A DNA stretch of 34,521 bases, taken from IMG/VR virus record IMGVR_UViG_3300020045_008981, positions 1 through 34,521 of that record. The stretch is one strand, 5' to 3'. The first letter of the stretch is position 1. Every line of letters starts with the position of its first letter. Below are positions 23,801-31,871 of this stretch, piece by piece. The position numbers were made by a program, and so were the translations under genes. The notes under the pieces are model-generated. The model had not been told where the DNA came from. It worked only from the letters and a program-made list of their open reading frames with translations, and searched no databases. This DNA comes from a virus (Duplodnaviria; Caudoviricetes).

Positions 23801-25335
23801 GTATCTATTTTTGTGACGTGCCCGGTTTGTGATAGGCCTAATCCCCAAGTTAATGTGTCGGTTAATGATTGGTATTTCCTTTCTTGCAGCGTGCTTAATG
23901 AATCGTGATCGTTTAGGCTACGTTTTGAAAGTAGATCAAATATTGTAGCGTGCCCCTTGTTTCGCACCGTGTCTGCGTGCTGTTCTGCGCTTATTATACT
24001 ATCACGTTCTGAAACGCTTGCGTGTATAGAGCCATGCCCTAGAATCCCTCCTAGATTGTCGTGATTATTAACTGCGCTTGCATTGATAGGGCTGATCAAA
24101 GCGTTTGAAACGTTTGCGAAGTTTGTTTCACCGTTCTTTTGAGTGATCCGTGCTATAAGCCTCGTATTCGCAGAAATATAATCAGGCACTAATGCGGGGG
24201 ACTGCGTGGCCTCTGCTTCTGCTAATGAGATATATTGAGCTTGGCCATATAGGATATACAAGTCACCAGCCGGGCAAAGATACACCCAGTAATTCATCCA
24301 CTTTGTTCCCGACATACTCACCAGCCCGGTTCCAGTTGACGTATTATTATACTGCGAGTTGCCTAACTGCGTCCCTGTTGACAGCACCCAAGCAGCCGTG
24401 GAGGGGTTGTAATAGTACAGATCAAATGAGTAACCGCCTGTATTTGTATTGTGTGCTGCTGTACTTATCTCGGTGTTTCCGATGTACCAGGTTCCAGCTG
24501 TAACGTCAATCTTTCGGGTGTCTGATTCTGAAATGGTTGAACCGGAAGCCCACGCAAAGCCAAAACGCTTCACCAGCATGTTATGAACCCGGCGGGAAAA
24601 ATTAAACGAGTTCATGCCTGAGCTGGTTATATCGTTCGTAGCTGTACCTTGACGGTAACAACGGCCAAGCGGGAAATGATCATAATCGTGTATTGTTGTG
24701 CGGTCAATGGTAGATTTTACAGTCATATTGCCACCGTCATAATCCATATACAACCAATTTAACTTTTCGTCAACTAATGAGACCGTACCGCCCGGATAGT
24801 CAAAAAACTTCGTATCTGCATTAACGGCGTTGGTTGTCTTAATTATCCCGGTTCCTGCCGATATGTCCAGCGTGCCATCTGCCGGGCTGTGCGCTGATAG
24901 CATCATACCTGTTAGTCGGCTTGAACTTTGCACCAAATTGAACCAGTCCCCAACGCTCGAATAAGTGGCATTCCCATGTTTTTGGTCTGTTATCCTAACG
25001 TCTTCACCGATAATCTTACCGGACGTTTTGATTGTGTCGCTTAGCCAAAATTTCCCAGGATGCTGCGTTAGCGTTTCGCCTGACTGGTTGTGTACATAAT
25101 TTGAATCTGAGGCTGCTGCAAGAGAATCTATCAGAAAGTTAAGGCGTTTATTGCTGACCAATTTCGTAGTCTGGTATTTTGAACCCTTGAAAATCCACAA
25201 ACTTGAATCGGCTGTGTAATATTTGAATGAGTAGGTAGGTAGGTTATGGTAAGCGGTATCGACCGGGATAATATCCTGAGAAAAGCATATTCCCGACACT
25301 AAGATCATCAATAATATGATAAATAGCTTTTTCAT
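20881..25335 (-). CDS. Large mosaic tail fibre / receptor-binding protein with signal peptide
   Basis: Fibre modules QYWRGDKSWQTL, WQGTWNAATNTPTL, KLVSGVNLKTVGG, VAQGGTG, LSLNNVENT, GNAGTASK, KLTFNPSTG and C-terminal TVNWN...LTLSGNTTITLSN...YDGT. N-terminus MKKLFIILLMILVSGICFS|Q. Confidence 0.75.
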   Translation of the reverse strand: MKKLFIILLMILVSGICFSQDIIPVDTAYHNLPTYSFKYYTADSSLWIFKGSKYQTTKLVSNKRLNFLIDSLAAASDSNYVHNQSGETLTQHPGKFWLSDTIKTSGKIIGEDVRITDQKHGNATYSSVGDWFNLVQSSSRLTGMMLSAHSPADGTLDISAGTGIIKTTNAVNADTKFFDYPGGTVSLVDEKLNWLYMDYDGGNMTVKSTIDRTTIHDYDHFPLGRCYRQGTATNDITSSGMNSFNFSRRVHNMLVKRFGFAWASGSTISESDTRKIDVTAGTWYIGNTEISTAAHNTNTGGYSFDLYYYNPSTAAWVLSTGTQLGNSQYNNTSTGTGLVSMSGTKWMNYWVYLCPAGDLYILYGQAQYISLAEAEATQSPALVPDYISANTRLIARITQKNGETNFANVSNALISPINASAVNNHDNLGGILGHGSIHASVSERDSIISAEQHADTVRNKGHATIFDLLSKRSLNDHDSLSTLQERKYQSLTDTLTWGLGLSQTGHVTKIDTSSASILSRQRAVNTYEPKIAAGTNLQYWRGDKSWQTLPTSYTLNNNEWSKVYDYAGNLSNFWMLSKDNILTPAFTLGVQSLYMVPDAGKVNIADMPNIRSASGDTLQYNFRIGNVSMLKMRGVANGSGGLSDTTILIPKLRLTDKPHNGYYLQMVDALGTIKAVPMNTGWQGTWNAATNTPTLANGTGTAGYWYRCLTAGTVNFGAGNITFAVGDEAHYNGSIWQNAGGSNTYNLQYMTKTVTGGSKIDSVTMKLNASNQIVADTVNYIATKKNVSDHTGLTTTAHGLGASAFHADSYFKLSSDSTANSGYASQFDLLSYKLKNDSTNAKTGFTTLYQNSLKMNHNDSTALSGYYTNYKASLGYTLPNNTWVLGYNYAGNISNLWKLSQDNILTPAYTLGIKELFFVRNSGINSIANLPVDTYATNGEEHGYKMMINNITGLKLAGKWNSSTSQVDSVKLTVPLLEVSTGAAANKIMMSEDSRGKSKWSDTKYLFSLVANRILYASATNEMGQLPAGSAGQIMQSNGASAPYWTTPTYPNSAGAGHVLFGDGTNIVLSTPHFPNVSATARKIIVSDGTNWEASTELWPVATAANNILRSNGTDWISQTVGLGLSASGSLAVDTASTAILSRDRASHEYQVKLVSGVNLKTVGGIALPGSGDIGIIGSTYGGTGSGFTKFLGATTSEKTYTLPNASSTILTDNAAVTVAQGGTGLSTITANSYLKGNGTGNLVPRTYSEVKIDLSLNNVENTALSTGNAGTASKWLTKRRLFGRYIDGSANMDSVITITYLDTTTVLQKTTAASMYQPKGSYLSAISVKTSTGNKVYYPLFTNTSTGNLDSTIVKTDKLTFNPSTGVLAATNTPNLTVQPLSGTTVNWNVTNGVNAKLTLSGNTTITLSNLVAGANGNIKVVTHASSSYTITISGYTNDVSPAISVVGFPDQLLSSGSGSKKDIYSWWYDGTTLNWNGTLNYQ

Positions 25336-25355
25336 ATTTCAAAAGTAATAATTTT

Positions 25356-25739
25356 TCAATTCAAAATTATAAATCCGGTAACTGTTTCTCCGGTGTCCCA
25401 AAAAACTGTATCTATCAAATCCTCTATTCCTCCCCCGCTCGATATTGTTGTGAACTGTGGCATTTGCATTGATCTGTATCTCGTGCCGTCTCCGTTGTCA
25501 ATTATCAGTTCTAATCGTGGATATTGGCCGTGCGTTGGTGCGTATAGCGTGTTATAATCTGAAATGATAGGGAGCTGTGCCGTTAGCTCTATAATGTCGA
25601 TGGGTGTAATTTGGATAGGTGGCGAATTTAAACCGCCCGTAGTGACTGACCTGAATGAATCACCAGAAACATCACCATAACGGCGTTTGTTTCTCGCTGT
25701 TCTCGGTACGCCTAAATCTGTCACATATACATTGCTCAT
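25356..25739 (-). CDS. Hypothetical tail-region protein
   Basis: 127 aa, ATGA-coupled to the tail tip gene. Confidence 0.65.
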   Translation of the reverse strand: MSNVYVTDLGVPRTARNKRRYGDVSGDSFRSVTTGGLNSPPIQITPIDIIELTAQLPIISDYNTLYAPTHGQYPRLELIIDNGDGTRYRSMQMPQFTTISSGGGIEDLIDTVFWDTGETVTGFIILN

Positions 25740-27811
25740 GACGGTACAATTGTTAATTCATCCGGGGTGACCTCGGTTATTGTCGCCTCAATTAGATTGT
25801 CCCTAAAATTGATTCTCATTGATTTGACCATCATATTTTTTGATGATATGAAATCATCGTCTGTCAAAACATTCAGTTGATTAAAACTGTTTTTTAACTT
25901 CAAATTTGACAGGGTTAAATAGCCAAATCGGTAATTTGATGAAAGTGAATTTAATAATAACTCCTCAATTTTGTAGGTCTGTGCGTCCCTTGTCCATGCT
26001 GTAATAGGAGAGTAAACGCTAGATAGATATTTCATTATTTTCCCCCTGTCAATACACGTCTGATCTGTCCCGCAAATCAAATCTACTTTTTCGGCCTCCT
26101 CCCTTACTGTTTGATCAAGATAGCCAATAAATTCTTTATCCTGATCCCCTACTTCTTCCAATGAATCAATATCAACTAATGTTACTGCGAGTTTTCGGAT
26201 TCTTAAAAAATTATTTCTATACGTGCTGTTTGTATATTTAACTCTATTAAATCCCATAAACTCGAAATCACTATAAATATCAAAATGGAATTCTCCTGAT
26301 AAGTTTTGACTTACGTCAATATAGTGCGGTATATAATACTCAAAAGGAAGCCATTGATCTGAAATATCAGAACCATCTGTCTTTTTAATACTTATGTAAT
26401 GATACTTTTGTGGAGTGCCAGGATATGCCTCCCATGTGGTTTCTTCAAGAGATGATAAAAATTCACCAGAATCAACCACAGAAAGGTCGCCAATCCTTAC
26501 CATTGTTTTTAGCGATATTGCAGCGTAATTCTGTTTTTGATTTGTGTAATTATCTACTCTTAATCTTAATTCACCTGATATTTTAATTTTAATTCCTCTA
26601 TTTGTTTTTGTATAAGCATTATACTTTTCAATTGCATCTGTAATTGTAATAAGTGGATTGACAATTAACGATAATACAACGTGTGAAGCAGAGCCGTCCC
26701 CAGCCCACGCCAAGCATACTGATGCTTCTTTTATATCTTCTGGTGGCGAATACGAATAACTTAACTGAAATGACGCTGGTGAAAAGCAATTTAATAATAA
26801 GTGTCCTGTAAGTGTTTTATACCAGACAAAATAATCCGTGTCGATCGAAAAGTTTAATGGTACTGATCCACTAATTTCGCTTAGTTCTTTTAGCGTTTCT
26901 GGCAATAGTGTTTTTTTAGGGTATGGTGAATAGCTAACCACTTGCTTATTTTTACCGCCGCTCCGCTCAATTTCCGAACCTGTGCCCATGTAACCAATGT
27001 CGGAAAGGTCTTTTATTGGATCGATAACCACGTCCTCAGAATATACACCAGTAGTAAGATCGTATTTTTTGTAAGTGATCGAAGATCCAACGCCTAAAAG
27101 GTTAACGTCTGTTATGTAGATATCTCCCCTGATTTGAGTAATAACCCCGGCAAAAGGTTGCAAACAGGCCTCAATAACTTTTCGCATCGTTTCAGCTTCT
27201 CCGTCTTCATTGTAGAAATTAGCCGAATCAACATATTGTTCGTGCAGAATCGTAACGTCTGCGCCCGCCGTGAAGTCTGAAAAGGTAGTTGATAGCGAGA
27301 TATAAAGGTCTGAAAATGGCAATCCTATGCGCAAAAGAGCTATTGAAATTAATTCAAACATTGATTTCATTCCGGTGTAGACAGCTCCGGCTATGGTTAG
27401 AAATTGCAATCTATCTAACAAGGCGAAGCCATCATTCCCCGTGATTTGGAAAGGATAGTTGACGAATTCGGAATATGATTCCCGGACAAGCTCGCTATTG
27501 AGGTAGCCCAGCCAGTTAATAGTGCTATCAATGTAATGCTTTATCATATATTCTTTCATCGAAGTATGATAAAGCCCTGTGAAAAATTTCCTGTCTGTTG
27601 GTGAAAGTAAATTCAGCTCGCAACCTGTACCCCTAACGACTTGAAATTTATGCGATAATTCAGGCATTTCAACAGTGAAAGGTAGTGCGGTTGTTTTCAC
27701 CTCTTCGGCTGTGGGTGTCGTTGCAGTTAGCCACCAAAGTTCTACAACGTTCACCTTTCCATCTAACGAGGTGAATTGAGTGTAATACTTTTTTTGATAG
27801 GTTGCTGGCAT
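25736..27811 (-). CDS. Putative tail tip / baseplate hub protein
   Basis: 691 aa directly after the tape measure; WLGYL...ITGNDGFALL pattern common in Bacteroidota siphophage tail proteins. Function inferred from position. Confidence 0.65.
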   Translation of the reverse strand: MPATYQKKYYTQFTSLDGKVNVVELWWLTATTPTAEEVKTTALPFTVEMPELSHKFQVVRGTGCELNLLSPTDRKFFTGLYHTSMKEYMIKHYIDSTINWLGYLNSELVRESYSEFVNYPFQITGNDGFALLDRLQFLTIAGAVYTGMKSMFELISIALLRIGLPFSDLYISLSTTFSDFTAGADVTILHEQYVDSANFYNEDGEAETMRKVIEACLQPFAGVITQIRGDIYITDVNLLGVGSSITYKKYDLTTGVYSEDVVIDPIKDLSDIGYMGTGSEIERSGGKNKQVVSYSPYPKKTLLPETLKELSEISGSVPLNFSIDTDYFVWYKTLTGHLLLNCFSPASFQLSYSYSPPEDIKEASVCLAWAGDGSASHVVLSLIVNPLITITDAIEKYNAYTKTNRGIKIKISGELRLRVDNYTNQKQNYAAISLKTMVRIGDLSVVDSGEFLSSLEETTWEAYPGTPQKYHYISIKKTDGSDISDQWLPFEYYIPHYIDVSQNLSGEFHFDIYSDFEFMGFNRVKYTNSTYRNNFLRIRKLAVTLVDIDSLEEVGDQDKEFIGYLDQTVREEAEKVDLICGTDQTCIDRGKIMKYLSSVYSPITAWTRDAQTYKIEELLLNSLSSNYRFGYLTLSNLKLKNSFNQLNVLTDDDFISSKNMMVKSMRINFRDNLIEATITEVTPDELTIVPS

Positions 27812-29598
27812 TATCTGAAATTTTGATTTCTGCGATCTTGATTATTTAACACTCCCTTTAGCGTATTTCCTTGCAACTCAAACACCACATTACCAGAAAG
27901 TGATTGAGCTGCATTTGACTGATTTTGACTACCGGAATATCCGGACGCAGCTGGTGAACTGCCTCCGTTTGATGATCCACCTAAGCCCTTTTTGCTGAGG
28001 CTCGATATTGCAGAACCAACAGCGATCAAGGCGACACCCGCACCAATCGCAACAATAGGATTCATAGAAGATATAGCCGCCTTCAATCCTGTCATTCCTA
28101 TTCCAAGTGCAACCATCAATTGACCAAGTTGTACCATGAATTGACCGACAACACCAATTAACGAGGCTCCAAAATCACCGATGTCCATATCTCCGGTCAT
28201 TAATGCGCCAAGTCCCTCCCCGAAGGTGGACAATGCGTTTGACATTCCGGATTCAATAAGACTATTTAACCCATCGTTAAATTTTTGAATATACGAAAAT
28301 TCTTTCTCTGCTGCTGCGTCTATTTCTTCGTTGTTTATTTCAATTTGAGGGTCTATTTTAAAAACATATGATCCATATAAAGCGTCATTAATTGATGTAT
28401 TGATTGTGTCGTTTATTGTTTTTGTATTGACATCTATATTCTGAATATCAAGTTTTATCTTGGGTATTTCGGCTTCATATTTTATTTTATTTGAATCGGA
28501 GGCCGGGAGGGTTGGGATTATTTCCTCGTATAGTTTTAATTTATTTTCTAAATATGATCTATCAGCAGCAAGCATTTTTAAATTATATTGCTCCTCTGAT
28601 ATTGCCTTTGAGGCAAATGATTGGGTTATAATTTCCTGCTCAGCATATAGACTGCTTTTTAAGTCCGATAATCTTTTTTCGTTTGTGTCTAATATTTTTT
28701 GCCCTTTAAGCGCATTTAATTGTCTAGTATATGATTTCAGGGCGGCAGACTGATCTTCTTTTAATTGTATTGATTCAATTTCTAGTTCGTTTTGTTTTTC
28801 CAAATCAGATTCAAGGCTTTTGCTCATCGCAGAATTGGCCAGGTTTATTTTTATTTTTTCGTCGGCTATCGCCCTTTCTTTGTCATATGCGGTTTTCTCT
28901 AAAGACATCGCAGTATTCAGATATCCAATTCTTTCGTCAAGTGTTTTATTTTCATCTGTTGCTGCTAGTCTTAATCTTTCGGCCTCTGCCCTTCTTGATG
29001 CGTTTTCTTTTTTAACCGCCCGTTCTTTTTCTGCCAATAATTGTAATTTCCCCTGTAAAGCCATTGCCTGAGCTCCCTCTTCTTTCATCTCAGAACCTAC
29101 GCCACTCATAGAATCTTTAAGAAGTTTCCACCCAGCAGCCCATTCGCCGGATAGCATTTTTATCATTCCCTCTCCAAAAGTTGACGCCCTATCTATTAGA
29201 ACATTAAATACTGCTTTAATCCCGGAAAGTCCACGCTCTAACGCCTCGGCTCCCTCTCTTGTTCTACCAAAATAAGCAGCTAAAGCCCCAAACGCAACAA
29301 CGATAGCACCTATTCCAGTTGATGCAAGTGCAACTTTTACTATTTTCATTGCCCCACTAAACGCGGTTGATCCGACAGAGGCAGTTTTTAGAGAAGAATA
29401 AAATTCCCCTACACCCTCTGTTATTGATGTAAATTGATCTACTATTCCACCGAGGCCAACCGATGAAGCAATCTGTTTAAAAATATTTCCTATTGAATTT
29501 CCGAAGCTCTGAGTTTTTCTTTGCGCCCTATCTATGCCCTTCTCATATTCATCTGATTTTAACCCCAGCTTTACGAATAAATCACCGATCATTGACAT
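27811..29598 (-). CDS. Tape measure protein
   Basis: IGDLFVKLGL start, ALASTGIGAIVVAFGALAAYF, long coiled coil, Gly/Ala-rich hydrophobic C-terminus; follows the tail chaperones. Confidence 0.9.
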   Translation of the reverse strand: MSMIGDLFVKLGLKSDEYEKGIDRAQRKTQSFGNSIGNIFKQIASSVGLGGIVDQFTSITEGVGEFYSSLKTASVGSTAFSGAMKIVKVALASTGIGAIVVAFGALAAYFGRTREGAEALERGLSGIKAVFNVLIDRASTFGEGMIKMLSGEWAAGWKLLKDSMSGVGSEMKEEGAQAMALQGKLQLLAEKERAVKKENASRRAEAERLRLAATDENKTLDERIGYLNTAMSLEKTAYDKERAIADEKIKINLANSAMSKSLESDLEKQNELEIESIQLKEDQSAALKSYTRQLNALKGQKILDTNEKRLSDLKSSLYAEQEIITQSFASKAISEEQYNLKMLAADRSYLENKLKLYEEIIPTLPASDSNKIKYEAEIPKIKLDIQNIDVNTKTINDTINTSINDALYGSYVFKIDPQIEINNEEIDAAAEKEFSYIQKFNDGLNSLIESGMSNALSTFGEGLGALMTGDMDIGDFGASLIGVVGQFMVQLGQLMVALGIGMTGLKAAISSMNPIVAIGAGVALIAVGSAISSLSKKGLGGSSNGGSSPAASGYSGSQNQSNAAQSLSGNVVFELQGNTLKGVLNNQDRRNQNFR

Positions 29599-29655
29599 GG
29601 CTAAAATTTTTAGTTATCCAAAAATACTAATTTTTTAATAAAAAAAGCATGGTTT

Positions 29656-29984
29656 TTAATTCATGCTTCCACTCGCTTCAATTGATGCGATTATATTTCT
29701 ATTTCTTGCGTACATTTCATCTGCTGTTAACTGTTCAATCTCATCCATTGACAACGGCCAAAGATTTTCTGCTTTTTTCGGGTTTTTGCTCCACTGATTA
29801 AATTGTAGAGTAAATAGTGCTCTGAAATTACTTGCCAGAACATCCCGATTATACACATAACCTTGCACTTTAGCTGTTAATTCTGCTGGTGTTAACTCGA
29901 AATATTCCTTTTTGCTGAGGCCAAGTTTCCCGATACAAAAGGCATATTCGTCTGAATAGTTTACATTTTCCTCTTCGTTATCGG
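29656..29984 (-). CDS. Tail assembly chaperone frameshift extension (gpT-like)
   Basis: -1 frame relative to 29961-30347 is open from the A9 run: TDNEEENVNYSDEYAFCIGKLGLSKKEYFELTPAELTAKVQGY... Confidence 0.75.
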
Positions 29985-30347
29985 TTTTTTTTTACCTTCC
30001 ACCATTCCAAAGGTCTGCGATTTTCGCCACGCATCAATTATTCTTTGTTGTGTTTCTGGTGCGCTCGTTGCTATTGCGGCCGTCAACTTTGATTTTGTGA
30101 AGTCCTGTTTTTTGCGGTATGTCATACAATATGCCTGCGCTGCACTGAACATCATTTCAGTGATTAGCCTGCTTTCTCCGTTATTCTTTAGCCACGCTTT
30201 ATATTCGTCACTGGTTGTAATGCCTGAATTTTCCCTAAACAGGAATAGTGAAAGATTTGTAAACAGAAAACCGACCGCCTTGTTTAGCGATATTGTAACG
30301 CCAAAGATTCGATGCGGATAAGGAAGCATTACAATTATCTCGTTCAT
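29961..30347 (-). CDS. Tail assembly chaperone (gpG-like)
   Basis: Between major tail and tape measure genes; ends GKKK over a slippery A-run. Confidence 0.75.
   Translation of the reverse strand: MNEIIVMLPYPHRIFGVTISLNKAVGFLFTNLSLFLFRENSGITTSDEYKAWLKNNGESRLITEMMFSAAQAYCMTYRKKQDFTKSKLTAAIATSAPETQQRIIDAWRKSQTFGMVEGKKKPITKRKM
29985..29993 (-). other. Programmed -1 ribosomal frameshift site
   Basis: GGT AAA AAA AAA CCG (A9) near the end of the chaperone gene. Confidence 0.75.
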
Positions 30348-31003
30348 GATAGCGTAACCGTAACGGCTAAGCGCAGAACTGATTCAACGCCTGTCACTGT
30401 TTGTGAAGCATAATAAATATTACCTGAGATCAAAGGAGTTGAAGAGGCTAAAGCCGTCATACTTGTTGCGGACGGATACCATTGAATCGCTGTCCCGGTT
30501 GCGACAAGATCACTAACAAGATTGCCTATACTTAATTCCTGTGTCCCGTCTCCGGTTGGTGCTGCTACGGTATCATTGACATCAATATCAATAGCCTCTG
30601 TTACCTGTAGATCACATGAAAATGTCATCTTTTCATTGTCCGGGACTTCCCAAGAAACATTTGAAATGTGTGCGTAGCCAGAAATATAAGTGTCTCCGCT
30701 TATTTTGTTTCCTGCACCAGAAAACGATGTAATCAAAAAGGCTATTTTTGTGCCCGTTACCTGTGCAGCCAATGCGGCTTCAAATCCGTAACCAGTTGCA
30801 GACGGGTCTGTTGAGGCAATAGAACTGACAGAAATAGTCCGGTTGATTCTTCCCGCTTCAAAGTCGCTGTTTAGCCCACTTGCCTTTGATGATACCTCTA
30901 TCATCGTTTGAGCAGACTTAAAGGATGTTGAACTCTCCCCAACAAGCGAATCTGCTCCTGCTCCAAGTTTGATATATACAAATGTTCCTATTTTTGTGGC
31001 CAT
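30344..31003 (-). CDS. Major tail protein paralogue with C-terminal Ig-like domain
   Basis: First ~145 aa clearly similar to 31015-31446; C-terminal APTGDGTQ...IQWY...TPL...YYASQTV..VES..RLAVTV is a Bacteroidota Ig-like repeat. Confidence 0.8.
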   Translation of the reverse strand: MATKIGTFVYIKLGAGADSLVGESSTSFKSAQTMIEVSSKASGLNSDFEAGRINRTISVSSIASTDPSATGYGFEAALAAQVTGTKIAFLITSFSGAGNKISGDTYISGYAHISNVSWEVPDNEKMTFSCDLQVTEAIDIDVNDTVAAPTGDGTQELSIGNLVSDLVATGTAIQWYPSATSMTALASSTPLISGNIYYASQTVTGVESVLRLAVTVTLS

Positions 31004-31014
31004 TTGATTAATTT

Positions 31015-31446
31015 TTAGTTTGTTCCTACTGTAACCGCACCTGTCATTTGAAGATCAAGCGAAAATGTCATTTTGTCGTTATCAGGAACCTCCCAGCTTA
31101 CATTTGAAATAAGACAGTTTCCTGAAATTTTTGTCATTGATGTTGTCGGTGTTGCCCCTGTTTTGTCCGTATACTCTGTCAAAATAAAAGCAATAGAAGT
31201 TCCTGCTGCCTGAGCTTCAAGGGCTGCCTTGAATGTGTACGTTGTTGTTTGTGGGTCAGTGGAAGCCAGGGAACTAACCGAGATAGTCCGATTAATACGC
31301 CCGGCCTCAAAATCTGAATCAAGGCCTGAAAGTTTATTTGAGGTTTCGATCATCGTCTGTGCAGCCTTGAAAGAGGTGGATGATTCCCCGACTACCAATT
31401 TAGTAGCGAGTTTTAGAAATACCAGTGAACCGATTTTTGTTGCCAT
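31015..31446 (-). CDS. Major tail (tube) protein
   Basis: IETSNK...DFEAG...TISVS...SGNCLISNVSWEVPDNDKMTFSLDLQMTG tail-tube pattern; position. Confidence 0.85.
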   Translation of the reverse strand: MATKIGSLVFLKLATKLVVGESSTSFKAAQTMIETSNKLSGLDSDFEAGRINRTISVSSLASTDPQTTTYTFKAALEAQAAGTSIAFILTEYTDKTGATPTTSMTKISGNCLISNVSWEVPDNDKMTFSLDLQMTGAVTVGTN

Positions 31447-31463
31447 AACATTATTTTTTTAAA

Positions 31464-31871
31464 TTATTCTATTCTGAAAATTAATCTTATTATTCCTATG
31501 TCGAAATTTCCTCTTTCGTTGCTTGCTTGCGTTGTGGTGTTCGTGTTTAATCTGCAGTCCATTATCGAATACCCGCCCGTTAATGAAAATGGTACTGTGT
31601 TGTTAATTATACCCATTGCATTATTCATATCATTGTATAGGGTTGCCATTGATGCCAAATCTTTATGGACGATTTCTATTAATACATTTACATTATATTG
31701 ATATCCGTTTTTCGGGCCTTCTTCCTGAACAAACACGTCGGATATCGCAATGTGTGGATATACCTTTGTGCCTTCCAAGTGAATAGGCATATCTTTATAA
31801 ACCTTTCTTCCGGTTGCCGTTGCTAGTGAGGCGGCTAGGGCTGTTAATAATATGGTGCGAATATCGTTCAT
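31464..31871 (-). CDS. Tail terminator / completion protein (DUF3168-like)
   Basis: KVYKDMP...YPHIAI...VNVLIEI...IIRLIFRIE; immediately before the tail tube gene. Confidence 0.7.
   Translation of the reverse strand: MNDIRTILLTALAASLATATGRKVYKDMPIHLEGTKVYPHIAISDVFVQEEGPKNGYQYNVNVLIEIVHKDLASMATLYNDMNNAMGIINNTVPFSLTGGYSIMDCRLNTNTTTQASNERGNFDIGIIRLIFRIE

Noticed and set aside
18500-25335. Diversity-generating retroelement targeting fibre/FN3/LamG genes
   Set aside because: No reverse transcriptase and no near-identical repeat pair differing only at adenines was seen; fibre repeats are old and diverged. One could exist outside the window.
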